64,000 nt of DNA from positions 320,001-384,000 of the forward strand of contig CAWVRN010000001.1 in assembly GCA_963932905.1 (NCBI GenBank), given 5' to 3'. This document shows positions 1 to 10,267 of this stretch, piece after piece (the stretch's first letter is position 1; each line of letters opens with the position of its first letter). The stretch comes from an uncultured Bdellovibrio sp. (lineage in GTDB: Bacteria > Bdellovibrionota > Bdellovibrionia > Bdellovibrionales > Bdellovibrionaceae). The translations under genes were made by a program, and so were the position numbers. The notes below the pieces were generated by a model, which saw nothing but the letters and a program-made list of their open reading frames with translations, was not told the DNA's origin and ran no database searches.

Positions 1-1741
1 GGCCCTCTTCAGTAGTTTGCTGAGGTAAAATTCCAGCTGATTCAAGAACTCGACGCGCCAATGTTGCGCAATTACATGTTTTAACATCGTAGCCAATCTT
101 TTTAGCTTGGAATTCTTTCTCGATCGCATCGAACTCTGTTTGCATTTTTTGTAGTACGTTTTCCGGAACGCCGTTGTATCGGATACCGATTGATTCGCGA
201 CCATAGGCCTGGCCGTTAACACCCATAAAACCATAGTTTTCAAAGATTTCGGGCCGCGCCTGAGTCGAATACAAGTATTCCGCTAATGAGCTTTGTTCAT
301 GTAACCGACCTTCGCCAATTTTTGATCGGTAATTAACTGTGTACACTTTATCTTTAATACGGATAGCGATGTGACCAAATGGATTTGAATCTCCACCTAA
401 GTCTAAATATCGACCGTTTTTAGATAGTGGATAACCCAATATAATTTCAAAATTGGACGGATAGTCATTATTTAATTGATTTAGTGTTTCAAATTGCCTT
501 TTCACTTCGCGACCACCGAACGTACCAAGAGGCGCTATTTCCACTCCATCTTTTGGTCCCGTCAAATCAGATGTTAAAGCCGCTTCTGATATGCGATCTA
601 GGCCTGCTGCACTGGCAAAATCTTGTTGTCTCCGAGTCATCTGTTCGATCCCGACTTTGTCGGCGCTTAATTTAGCAACTAGGGCACCGACCTGCGAGGC
701 ATCTGTTGTATTCAGTGACATTCCATTTTTAGAAAAGAATTCTGAGTGCGCGCGCTCGTGGCCCTTATACTCATCGACGATAATCATTGGTTTGTTGAGT
801 AACGCACCTTCAGCCGGAGAAAGGCCGCCACCTTTAGTAATGAAAACATCGGCCATTTTGATACCCGCAATTACTTTTTCACGAGGTACGAAACCATACA
901 GATTTATTTTTACTCGGCTAGGAGCTGTTTTAGCAAAATCTTCGACCGCTTTATAAGCCTCTGGTGGGCGGCCGGTGAAAACATTAAATTCCAGTTCGCC
1001 GGGATTATCGCGAATGATAGATTGCAATATTTTAACGTTATCTTTAAGCCCTTCTTTTCCTCCCATCATCGTTACAAGCAACGCGCCGGGTTTTCTAGGT
1101 GGCAAATCGGCCGCCACTATTTTTGAAACTGGTAGTGGCACTAAAGCCAGTTGAACTTTTTCCGGTGGAACACCATATTCAGTCCAGTAATTAATTTGGG
1201 AAGCATGAGGAACAAATGTCATGTCCACGCGGTGTGAAATCCGCGGGAAGAAATGCTCAAGATAGTCTGTAAATACCCAGATTATCTTAGTTTTCATATT
1301 GGCTTTTTCACGTGCATTAGACAAAGCGATGGCGCTACCGTAATGGGTCGCGATTATGGAATCTGGGTTGACTTGTTTAAGCCATTCAATAATCCCATCC
1401 ACATTGTAATTGTTAGCGCCCGCAAATTTAGAAAAATTCACAACAGACTGACCGTTGTGAATGAATCTGTCAAAGGCCCACTCGAGGACATTAGGGGCGT
1501 TTTTTACAACCCACCAGTAAGTTTTACGATCGACAGCTTCTGTTTTAGGATTCATGAAGTCTCGAATATTTTTGCGAATGACTTTTACGGTTGGATCTTT
1601 GGCCTCTAAATCTTCTTTGATGGCCTGAGCCGCGATTTCGTGACCCGAACCCATCGATGATTCAAAAATCACTACAGTCTTTGCAATTGAATTTAGACCG
1701 ACAAAAATAAACGCTATGGATAATACGCTCTTGATAGACAT
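1..1741 (-). CDS. MGDG-synthase/UgtP-like GT28 glycosyltransferase fused to a C-terminal permuted papain-like (Lnb/DUF4105-like) domain; 3' end runs off the window
   Basis: Not in the ORF track because it has no stop in the window. Hand translation from ATG 1741: MSIKSVLSIAFIFVGLNSIAKTVVIFESSMGSGHEIAAQAI...ADVFITKGGGLSPAEG (GT28 motifs), then in the same frame NPFGHIAIRI...YDVKTCNCATL. Confidence 0.8.
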   Translation of the reverse strand, partial: MSIKSVLSIAFIFVGLNSIAKTVVIFESSMGSGHEIAAQAIKEDLEAKDPTVKVIRKNIRDFMNPKTEAVDRKTYWWVVKNAPNVLEWAFDRFIHNGQSVVNFSKFAGANNYNVDGIIEWLKQVNPDSIIATHYGSAIALSNAREKANMKTKIIWVFTDYLEHFFPRISHRVDMTFVPHASQINYWTEYGVPPEKVQLALVPLPVSKIVAADLPPRKPGALLVTMMGGKEGLKDNVKILQSIIRDNPGELEFNVFTGRPPEAYKAVEDFAKTAPSRVKINLYGFVPREKVIAGIKMADVFITKGGGLSPAEGALLNKPMIIVDEYKGHERAHSEFFSKNGMSLNTTDASQVGALVAKLSADKVGIEQMTRRQQDFASAAGLDRISEAALTSDLTGPKDGVEIAPLGTFGGREVKRQFETLNQLNNDYPSNFEIILGYPLSKNGRYLDLGGDSNPFGHIAIRIKDKVYTVNYRSKIGEGRLHEQSSLAEYLYSTQARPEIFENYGFMGVNGQAYGRESIGIRYNGVPENVLQKMQTEFDAIEKEFQAKKIGYDVKTCNCATLARRVLESAGILPQQTTEEG

Positions 1742-2122
1742 TTGATTTTCATATTCGCTGAATTTTAGGTGGGATTAATTTCCCAAATAACCTACCAACG
1801 ATCCTGTTGTACACACAATATAGAATTTTCAAAAAAATTCCACTGTAGAGAAATAGACAATCGAAGGTTTTACCTGTCAAAAATATTCACAGCCTTTGAT
1901 GGGTTAATTTGTTTACACGTGTTTTTTTTGAACCTGTGACAAAAAAAGTCTTTTTTCTTAGTTTTGGGAAGAAAAATTCTGAAAAAAAATCTGGGCATTT
2001 TAAACAATTTTTTCGAAATTTCGACCGGTAAAGAAGAAATGTTTTGCATCCTGGGTACCATCGAGAAATCGATTTTACGTCATATGTTGTAAAATCGGTT
2101 AGAATCTACTATGTGTTTACTT

Positions 2123-3076
2123 ATGAAAAAAACAATTCTCATTTTAATCTTGATACTATTTCCGCTAATCGGACTCGTTCTGAGTCTGACTATCTATTCT
2201 CCCGCATACGACGTTACTCATTTTATGAGTCGAAAGTTGTCTCTAGAGGTGAATCTGCAAAAACCTGAAATAAATTTGGCAACCATTAGGCCTGGGACTG
2301 AGCAGATGATTCGCTGGAAGGACACCAAAAAGCAAGATGAACGTGAGTACGCTTTTGTATACATACACGGATTTACCGGCCATAGAGGTGAAATTTCACC
2401 TCTTATTGAAGATATCCAAGACCAGTTTGATGCAAATTTGTTTTTCGCTCGTCTCGCTGGCCACGGCATTGAGGGAAAAACAATTCGCGCAGCCACCATT
2501 ACCGATTGGTTTACTAATATCGATCAGACTTATGCTTTTGCCAAACGATTAGGGAAAAAAAGAGTTTACGTAGGCGCATCCACCGGCGCAGGTATGGCCA
2601 TGCTATTGACAGAGAAGTACGATCCTCAAAGCTGCTTAGTTCTGTTGTCGCCAAACTTCGGTTTAAGTAGCGAACTTACAATGCTTGGTACGGGGCCACT
2701 CGGCTATGTGATAACAAGTTTGTTTGTGGGCAATAGCGCCTCGGACTATGTGACGCTCTACCCAAGCGAAGAGGAAAGCCTGGTATCCACACGAATAGAT
2801 GGAAATAGCCTAAATCAGTTTTTAGAACTGACAAAAATTTTCAAGCAGTATAATTACGAAAATTATGAAAATCCCGTTCTAATGCTTTATTCAAAAGAAG
2901 ATACTGTTATTGATCCTGGTGCTGTCGAGCGTGTGTTTAGAAGCTTAAAAAAGAACCCCAACAATCAGATATACAATGTTGGCACCGGTCATCTTTTATT
3001 TGAAAAAGATGACACGACCGCACTGCAAGATACAAAACAAAAGATTATTAGCTTTATTCAAAAGAACTGTCAGTAG
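2123..3076 (+). CDS. alpha/beta hydrolase (esterase/lipase) with N-terminal membrane anchor
   Basis: HGFTG oxyanion motif, GASTG nucleophile elbow, SKEDTVI Asp, GH near the C-terminus; hydrophobic N-terminus. Confidence 0.85.
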   Translation: MKKTILILILILFPLIGLVLSLTIYSPAYDVTHFMSRKLSLEVNLQKPEINLATIRPGTEQMIRWKDTKKQDEREYAFVYIHGFTGHRGEISPLIEDIQDQFDANLFFARLAGHGIEGKTIRAATITDWFTNIDQTYAFAKRLGKKRVYVGASTGAGMAMLLTEKYDPQSCLVLLSPNFGLSSELTMLGTGPLGYVITSLFVGNSASDYVTLYPSEEESLVSTRIDGNSLNQFLELTKIFKQYNYENYENPVLMLYSKEDTVIDPGAVERVFRSLKKNPNNQIYNVGTGHLLFEKDDTTALQDTKQKIISFIQKNCQ

Positions 3077-3085
3077 GACGGCAAA

Positions 3086-4552
3086 CTATTGTGCTTTAGA
3101 TAAAGTATAAAATCTCAAGCACATGTTAATAGGTGTACGCTTTCTAAACTGTTTCACATAAGATGGATTCTCTTTACGTACTTTATCAATCAATTTATAG
3201 ATTTCTTTTGGCGACATCGGCACACCGTATTTTTCGTAGTGTTCTTTGTATGCAGGCGCTATCGCTTTCCTCATTTTAGTCACGTAGAGCATAGACGCGG
3301 CTAAGAGCGCTAAATTTTTGGGTTTGATTTCTGTATTTAAATGCATTCCTAGCATGCTCATAATCCTATTAATATATGGTCTCCCTGCAAGACCCACAAC
3401 AAAACGGGCAAATTGATCATGTAACGGACCAGGGACAAATTCCAAGTTTTCCGTTCGTAACCAGAAAAACATTTTATCCACAATCAAGTCGTTTAAACGG
3501 GCTGCTGGGGTTAACTTCGGATTGCGATATTCGTAAATCAGGTGGAATGTCGAATCTAAATCGATATCCGTCGGTGCAAAAGTGTACTTGCTTGCCTTCG
3601 GAATACTCAGGCCTTCGAGGTACCCTCCATTTTTATGCAACAGGCGGCTGGGAAACTCAGGAATTACTTCTTTCTGCTGAATAGAATTGTATGCCCAAGA
3701 AACAAACTTAGAACAATAGTATTTGCAATTTTCTTTGAGACCCATGGATAGGTCGTACTGCAGTGGCTTCCCAATACGAATACCCTCTTCAAATTTCTCG
3801 TTCCCGAAGTTTCCTGCCATTCTTCCCAGTTCAGAATTTTTTGGACGATATACAGCCACGCGAACCATATTTTCAAAAAATGCCGGCGTAAGTTCTGTCT
3901 TCTTAAATCCGGTATTCAAAGTCGACTCTACGACATATTTCTTATTGGTGACGGGGTCAGCGTAAACCAATGCCATATGTGAATATGTCAATGGCGCGTC
4001 CCCAATCCGTGAAATCATAGCGCCTAGAAACAACAGGGTTCTAACTATTATGATATCTCCTGTTTTTAACGATTCGATGGAACCATCAAAGTCATGGCCT
4101 TTGGTAGAAAACGCGGTGAGGTTTGTAAACGGCAAGAGCATTTTGTCTTTTGGTTTTGTAGGTAAGGTATTATAAATTTGTTCATACAAGTAGTCTTCTA
4201 GGTATCGAATGCTCGATATCACTGTCTTTACGTCCTCAGCAATATCGTCCCGGCCAGCATAGTCGATGGGCAAACCATTTAGCGACGATTGCAGCATTAA
4301 TTTAATTGTGTGGAGTTTGGTGACGGTTTCTAGTGCTTTTGTTTTTTCCAGCTCCAAATCTAGGTCGAGCGGATTGACGTTAAAAAGTTCGGATTTAATA
4401 GAAGTTAACGAAGCCATCAAGTGAGAATAATCACCCGTCGAATTTTTTATGCGAGTCTCTACTGAATTCAGTGTCGACATCAAATCTATAGACGCCGCAT
4501 TCAGGGCGCTTAAGTTAACTAGCAATAGCAAAGACAGCAAAAGTTTCTTCAT
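3086..4552 (-). CDS. secreted permuted papain-like (YiiX/YebB, NlpC/P60 superfamily) enzyme
   Basis: Signal peptide; LKTGDIIIVR...YSHMALV...YYCSKFV, with His before Cys. Confidence 0.8.
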   Translation of the reverse strand: MKKLLLSLLLLVNLSALNAASIDLMSTLNSVETRIKNSTGDYSHLMASLTSIKSELFNVNPLDLDLELEKTKALETVTKLHTIKLMLQSSLNGLPIDYAGRDDIAEDVKTVISSIRYLEDYLYEQIYNTLPTKPKDKMLLPFTNLTAFSTKGHDFDGSIESLKTGDIIIVRTLLFLGAMISRIGDAPLTYSHMALVYADPVTNKKYVVESTLNTGFKKTELTPAFFENMVRVAVYRPKNSELGRMAGNFGNEKFEEGIRIGKPLQYDLSMGLKENCKYYCSKFVSWAYNSIQQKEVIPEFPSRLLHKNGGYLEGLSIPKASKYTFAPTDIDLDSTFHLIYEYRNPKLTPAARLNDLIVDKMFFWLRTENLEFVPGPLHDQFARFVVGLAGRPYINRIMSMLGMHLNTEIKPKNLALLAASMLYVTKMRKAIAPAYKEHYEKYGVPMSPKEIYKLIDKVRKENPSYVKQFRKRTPINMCLRFYTLSKAQ

Positions 4553-4761
4553 AGGTCTCATGTAATATACATCCAAAGCGGAAATCGAATACTATCAACA
4601 TTTTATACTGAAAATACTCGCTGTTAGCCGACTATACAGTACTGAATTTTTTGCAAAATTAGCCGTTTAAATAGCCCAATTTTGAATTGGCAAAACCATT
4701 GACTTGTCAGCTCGAACTCTTCTAATTTAGCTTCTTCGCGAAACGATTAGGGAGAAAGTTT

Positions 4762-5976
4762 ATGACAAGCATTTGGATACTCATCTTGGGACTTTTTTTA
4801 GTGCTCAATGGACACACCGAGGCCTTTTGGTGGGGTATTTCAACGGCTCCCTACCAGACAGAAGACCCTGCGGTAAAAGGCGGTGACCCTAATTTTTTTA
4901 AAACAGACTGGGATTTATTCTACGACGCTGGAAAATTAAAAGAAGCCAAAGGCGATGGTGTTTTCAGCTACACGGAATACAAGCGCGATATTCAGAAACT
5001 AAAAGAACTAGGGATGACCCATTACCGCTTTGGAATAGAGTGGGCTCGGATCGAGCCCACAATGGGCAAATACAATTTAGAGGCATTGGCCCATTATAAA
5101 AAAATAATTCTTGAGCTAAAGAAAAACGGGATTACACCTATTATTTGTTTATGGCACTGGTCCTTTCCTTCGTGGGGTTTTGATGTCAAGGACGGTTCTA
5201 CATTTGGCTGGCTAAATGATAATGTAAAAAAACGATGGCCGGATTTCGTAACCTTGGTCGTAAAAGAATTCAAAGACGAGATCTTTTATTACGCTCCACA
5301 AAATGAGCCCAATGCACAAAGCCTCGCGGGTTTCTTTTTAGGCACCTTTCCGCCTGGTGAAAAATACTCGCTGAGGTTATTTCGTAATCATGTCGATAGA
5401 GCTGCCGATGCATTTATCGTAGCAGCCAAAATTATTAGGACAATTTCACCAAATGCCAAAATTATGTCTGTCCAAAATATGATTAATTGGGAAAAAGCAT
5501 GGTGGGATTTCGCTAGCTATTTTTACGATATCGGCCAGGAATTTAATTATCATCACTTAGATCGAATTAAAGATTATATCGATATTCTAGGCTTCAACTA
5601 TTACTATCGGGTGAAAGCAAGTCCAATCCCGAACCCCAGAATTATCGATCCTGAAGGCTTGGGCACAATCATGCTAGCCCTTACTGAAAAATACAAAAAA
5701 CCGTTATTGCTTACTGAGAACGGATGGGCTGATGACAAAGGCGATGTGAAGAAGGACTATTTCTTAAAGCATGTAGCTGTCGCAAAAAAAATGAGGGACC
5801 AGGTGGGGCTCATGGGCTACTTTTACTGGAGTTTGATTGACAATTACGAATGGGCATCTGGTTACAAAGAAAAATTTGGAATGTATAAGATGAACCCAAA
5901 GGACCGTTCGTTAGTACCATACGACATGGTGGATGTGGTTAAAAAAACAATTGCCGACGACGCAACGAAAAAATGA
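4762..5976 (+). CDS. glycoside hydrolase family 1 (beta-glucosidase-like), secreted
   Basis: FWWGISTAPYQTE, YRFGIEWARIEP, NEP and TENG catalytic motifs, WSLIDNYEW. Confidence 0.92.
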   Translation: MTSIWILILGLFLVLNGHTEAFWWGISTAPYQTEDPAVKGGDPNFFKTDWDLFYDAGKLKEAKGDGVFSYTEYKRDIQKLKELGMTHYRFGIEWARIEPTMGKYNLEALAHYKKIILELKKNGITPIICLWHWSFPSWGFDVKDGSTFGWLNDNVKKRWPDFVTLVVKEFKDEIFYYAPQNEPNAQSLAGFFLGTFPPGEKYSLRLFRNHVDRAADAFIVAAKIIRTISPNAKIMSVQNMINWEKAWWDFASYFYDIGQEFNYHHLDRIKDYIDILGFNYYYRVKASPIPNPRIIDPEGLGTIMLALTEKYKKPLLLTENGWADDKGDVKKDYFLKHVAVAKKMRDQVGLMGYFYWSLIDNYEWASGYKEKFGMYKMNPKDRSLVPYDMVDVVKKTIADDATKK

Positions 5977-6298
5977 AGCTTACCGCGTAACCCGCGCGCA
6001 GTTTTATTGGCACCGGTGTTCCGAAGTTGATTTTCGTATAGATTCAGTCTTCGATAAAAGGTCTTCCTCCATATTTAGGTAAATAAGTTTGGCTCAATTA
6101 AATTCCAAGCTATGACAACAGCGCAATGGCGATTGTGATTAAGAAGGGAAACCTAAACAAGATCGAAATATTTTTGGATGTACTAAGGACGACAATCCTC
6201 GCAAGGACTTATTTTTCCTTATTTTTTCGAATATTTAGTTGCCCATCAGAAGGCCGTTTGCTAATCCTCGGGTGGCTTAAAAGTCCTGAGGGGGAATA

Positions 6299-7834
6299 AT
6301 GTCTGAATGGGTAAATAAGAAATTTAAAGGTAAAGAGTATTTCGGTCATCCGGCTGGTCTCTTTGTATTGTTCATGGCCGAGATGTGGGAGCGTATGTCC
6401 TACTACGGGATGCGCGCACTACTAACATTATACATGATCAAGTATTTGATGGTGGATCCTGAAAGAGCCGCTCGTGTACTTGGCTTTGATACCTTAAAAT
6501 ACATTTTAGAAACTGGATTTGGTCCGATGGCGGCTCAGCAGTTTGCGTCTCAGATTTATGGATTGTACACAGGCTTCGTATATTTATCTCCTTATTTTGG
6601 TGGTATCTTGGCTGACCGTGTTTGGGGTCGTCGTAAGAGTGTGTATGTGGGCGGTGCTTTAATGGCGATCGGTCACTTCTTGATGGCGTTCGAGAATTTA
6701 TTTGTCCCAGCTCTATTTTTCCTAATCCTGGGTAACGGTGCTTTCAAACCGAATATTTCAACTCAAGTGGGTTCATTGTACGCTGAAGGTGATAGCCGTC
6801 GTGATGGGGCCTTCACTATCTTCTACATGGGTATCAACTTAGGCGCCTTCTTCTCGCCTTTCCTGTGCAAAAACTTTGCGGTCGCTTTGTGTGGCTGGCT
6901 GGGCGTTACTGACCCAGGCACGCCATGGCACGTGGGTTTTGGTTTAGCAGGAATCGGTATGTTGATCGGCTTGTTGATGTACCACTTAGGTCGCACGTTA
7001 TTGCCACCTGAAAACTTAACTAACTTGGCACCAGTTGAAAAACGCTCTGGCATCCTTTGGAAAACAGTGGGTGCATTGTTAGCTTCAATGGGTGGATTCA
7101 TTTTAATCCTTATGATTCCAATGACATTCAAATTGATTTTGATAGCAGGTATTGTCGCGGCTGTTGTTTGGGGTATCAAGCAAGTATCAAATGAAATGGA
7201 TCGTAAAAAAGTGGCGGCGCTTGTAATTCTTTGTATGGGTACTGTGTTCTTTTGGGCGATCTTTGAACAACAAGGCAATACTCTGCAAATCTGGGCAGAT
7301 GAAAAAGCGGATTGGGCTCGTTTAGGTTTGCAAGCAGAGAACTACCAAGCTTTGAATCCAATGTTCATCTTCATCTTTGCTCCGTTGTTAGACATGTGGT
7401 GGAATTTCCGTTCACGTCGTGGCAGCAAAAGCAGCTCAGTTAGAAAAATGGCTGTGGGCTGTTTCTTAATTGGATTTGCGTTTTTAACGATCCCATTAGC
7501 CTCTAATTTCATCACTATCGATAAATCATTAACAAACTTAATGTGGCTGTCGTTAGCAACGTTGATTGTAACGATGGGTGAATTGTACTTATCGCCTATC
7601 GGTCTAAGCTTTGTAACAAAAGTAGCTCCGGCGCGTTTCATGTCTATGATGATGGGTATGTGGTTAGCCTCTTCATTCCTTGGCAATTACTTGGCTGGAT
7701 TATTGGGAACATTCTACAGCTCGATGTCGCAAAATTCGTTCTTCATGATGTTCGCAGTTTTAGGTTGCGGAATCGGTGCGTTCTTTTTAATTGCCGACTC
7801 TAAACTTAAAGAAGTCATTGGCAAAGACGTTTAA
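6299..7834 (+). CDS. POT/PTR family proton-dependent oligopeptide transporter
   Basis: EMWERMSYYGM (ExxER) and FYMGINLG signatures; multiple TM helices. Confidence 0.93.
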   Translation: MSEWVNKKFKGKEYFGHPAGLFVLFMAEMWERMSYYGMRALLTLYMIKYLMVDPERAARVLGFDTLKYILETGFGPMAAQQFASQIYGLYTGFVYLSPYFGGILADRVWGRRKSVYVGGALMAIGHFLMAFENLFVPALFFLILGNGAFKPNISTQVGSLYAEGDSRRDGAFTIFYMGINLGAFFSPFLCKNFAVALCGWLGVTDPGTPWHVGFGLAGIGMLIGLLMYHLGRTLLPPENLTNLAPVEKRSGILWKTVGALLASMGGFILILMIPMTFKLILIAGIVAAVVWGIKQVSNEMDRKKVAALVILCMGTVFFWAIFEQQGNTLQIWADEKADWARLGLQAENYQALNPMFIFIFAPLLDMWWNFRSRRGSKSSSVRKMAVGCFLIGFAFLTIPLASNFITIDKSLTNLMWLSLATLIVTMGELYLSPIGLSFVTKVAPARFMSMMMGMWLASSFLGNYLAGLLGTFYSSMSQNSFFMMFAVLGCGIGAFFLIADSKLKEVIGKDV

Positions 7835-7916
7835 ACTGAAACGTTTAGTAAAAGACGTCTAATTTTCTAAAAGTTATTTGAAACGAATTGTGCATTCTAC
7901 TAGTGTAGAATGCACA

Positions 7917-8462
7917 ATGAATAAAAAAGTTCTATTTATCTTAGCCCATCCCTATTTAAATCGTTCGATCGCTAATAAAATCATCTGCGATCAAATTAAA
8001 GATCTTACACATGTTACTTTCCATGATCTTTACGAAACATATCCGTACTTCAATATCGACATAAAAAAAGAGCAAGAAATGCTACGTAATCACGATTTGA
8101 TCGTGTTTCAACACCCGTTCTATTGGAACAATATGCCGCCACTATTAAAACTTTGGCAGGATGAAGTTCTTGAGGCTGGTTTCGCATACGGTGAAAAAGG
8201 CGATGCGCTTAAAGGGAAAGACTTTGTGTTATCGATCACCACCGGCGGATCAGCTGATACGTACACATCAGAGGGGCAAAACAAATTTCCGGTGACTGAG
8301 TTTATGCGGTCCTATGAGCAAATGTGTTTCTTGTGCGGGATGAAGTGGAATACGCCGCTGGTGTTGCATTCATCACGCCAAAATTCTCGCGACGAAATAT
8401 ATGTTCATGCAGAAAACTTGAAAGAAGTGATGGAAAAATTTTTGGATAGAGGTCAAGTGTGA
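7917..8462 (+). CDS. kefF: KefF/KefG-type NAD(P)H oxidoreductase (flavodoxin-like fold)
   Basis: AHP...S.AN, DLY..YP.F.ID...EQ, QHPFYW, TTGG; overlaps the Kef antiporter gene. Confidence 0.85.
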   Translation: MNKKVLFILAHPYLNRSIANKIICDQIKDLTHVTFHDLYETYPYFNIDIKKEQEMLRNHDLIVFQHPFYWNNMPPLLKLWQDEVLEAGFAYGEKGDALKGKDFVLSITTGGSADTYTSEGQNKFPVTEFMRSYEQMCFLCGMKWNTPLVLHSSRQNSRDEIYVHAENLKEVMEKFLDRGQV

Positions 8463-10267
8463 GTCATTCAAACGATTTCTTTAACTTAATTGTATTTTTA
8501 GTTTCGGCAGTAATTTGCGTACCGTTGTCTAAGAAAATCGGACTTGGTCCAATCTTAGGCTACCTGATTGCTGGCGTAGTTATTGGTCCTCACGGGATTA
8601 AATTGATTTCTAATGTGCAAGAGACCATGCATTTATCAGAATTTGGGGTCGTGCTTTTCATGTTTATCATTGGCCTGGAATTAAACCCAAAAAAACTATG
8701 GTCGTTACGTATCCCCATTTTTGGAATGGGAACAGCACAGGTTATAGTAAATATATTGGTTTTCACCGGTGTGTCTTATGCGTTAGGTTTGTCTTTGCCA
8801 GCTTCGATACTTGTAGGGATGGCTTTTTCGTTGTCGTCGACAGCGATGGGGTTGCAACTTTTGAACGAAAGAAACGCGATGGGCACCGTCACCGGCACTG
8901 CGAATTTTTCAATTTTGTTATTTCAAGATATCGCTGTGATCGCGATGTTGAGTGTGCTGCCTCTCTTAGCAAATGGCAAAGCAGCCGAATCATCGGATAT
9001 TAAGTTGCTGAATATTTTAAAGACAGTTGTGATTATCGTAGCGGTACTAATTGCGGGTCGTTTGCTTTTACGTCCATTATTAAGATTTATTGCGGGCATT
9101 CACCTGCGAGAAATTTTCACAGCATTTTCTTTGCTGCTCGTAATGTCGATGGCATTTTTGATGCAAACCTTGGATATTTCGATGGCACTCGGTGCTTTTT
9201 TAGCCGGAGTCCTATTGGCTGATAGCGAATATCGTCACGCACTGGAGACGGATATTGAGCCATTCAAAGGATTACTACTGGGTTTGTTTTTCATTTCAGT
9301 CGGAATGTCGGTAAACTTAAGTATTATTATTGAACAGCCTTTGCTAATTTTTGGATGTGTATTAGGCGCGTTTGCTATTAAAACAGTCGTTCATTTTATA
9401 ATTGGATATTTATTTAAACTACCTAAATCACAATTAACATTTTTTTCGCTTGTTATTGCACAGGTGGGCGAATTCGCGTTCGTACTTTTGGGGGCTGCAG
9501 CGACATTAAATATTTTCAATGCCCAGACCAATGAAATTTTAATCACCGTGGTGGCACTTACTTTGTTGGCGACACCAGTATTAGTTTTTCTATATGATAA
9601 ATTGATTGCCCCTGTGATTGAAAAGCGTGAAGAAATCGAACCAGACGTCATCGAAGAACAAGAAAATCCCGTGATCATTGCGGGGTTTGGGCGATTTGGA
9701 CAAATCATTGGACGTCTATTGTATGCGAATAAAATCACCGCAACCGTACTAGACCACGAACCGGATCAAATTGAATTACTTCGTCGATTTGGATTCAAAA
9801 TTTATTATGGAGATGCGACTCGTATAGATTTGCTAGAATCTGCGGGAATACGTAAAGCAAAAATTTTAGTAGTGGCCATTGATAGCGCTGAAGAAAATTT
9901 AAAACTTGTAAAACTGGCTAAAGAAAACTTTCCACATTTAAAAATATATGCACGCGCTCGTAACGTGCAGCATGTGTATGATTTAATTGATCAAGATATC
10001 GAATGTATAGAACGTGAAACTTTTGAAGCGTCATTAAAAATGGGAATCGAAGTAATGCGCGGTCTTGGTTGGTCTGGCTATGAAAGCGTAAAGCGTGGTC
10101 AGATGTTCAGACGTCATAACCTAGAGGTCATAAAGGACATGCATTCTAAACGTAAAAATGAAAAGGAATTTTTGGCCAAGGCCCGTCAAGCTCGTGAAGA
10201 TTTGGAAAAAATGTTTGAAGAAGAAAATCAGCTCCGCACGCAGCCAGGATCTGGCTGGGATAGCTAA
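8459..10267 (+). CDS. kefC: glutathione-regulated K+ efflux antiporter (CPA2 + KTN domain)
   Basis: HALETDIEPFKGLLLGLFF; GFGRFGQ Rossmann motif; YGDATRIDLLESAG. Confidence 0.9.
   Translation: MSHSNDFFNLIVFLVSAVICVPLSKKIGLGPILGYLIAGVVIGPHGIKLISNVQETMHLSEFGVVLFMFIIGLELNPKKLWSLRIPIFGMGTAQVIVNILVFTGVSYALGLSLPASILVGMAFSLSSTAMGLQLLNERNAMGTVTGTANFSILLFQDIAVIAMLSVLPLLANGKAAESSDIKLLNILKTVVIIVAVLIAGRLLLRPLLRFIAGIHLREIFTAFSLLLVMSMAFLMQTLDISMALGAFLAGVLLADSEYRHALETDIEPFKGLLLGLFFISVGMSVNLSIIIEQPLLIFGCVLGAFAIKTVVHFIIGYLFKLPKSQLTFFSLVIAQVGEFAFVLLGAAATLNIFNAQTNEILITVVALTLLATPVLVFLYDKLIAPVIEKREEIEPDVIEEQENPVIIAGFGRFGQIIGRLLYANKITATVLDHEPDQIELLRRFGFKIYYGDATRIDLLESAGIRKAKILVVAIDSAEENLKLVKLAKENFPHLKIYARARNVQHVYDLIDQDIECIERETFEASLKMGIEVMRGLGWSGYESVKRGQMFRRHNLEVIKDMHSKRKNEKEFLAKARQAREDLEKMFEEENQLRTQPGSGWDS

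Noticed and set aside
484..2061. Short ORFs at 484, 591, 1253 and 1870
   Set aside because: Antisense shadows of the GT28 fusion gene or low-complexity intergenic frames; the same applies to most short ORFs overlapping long genes in the track.
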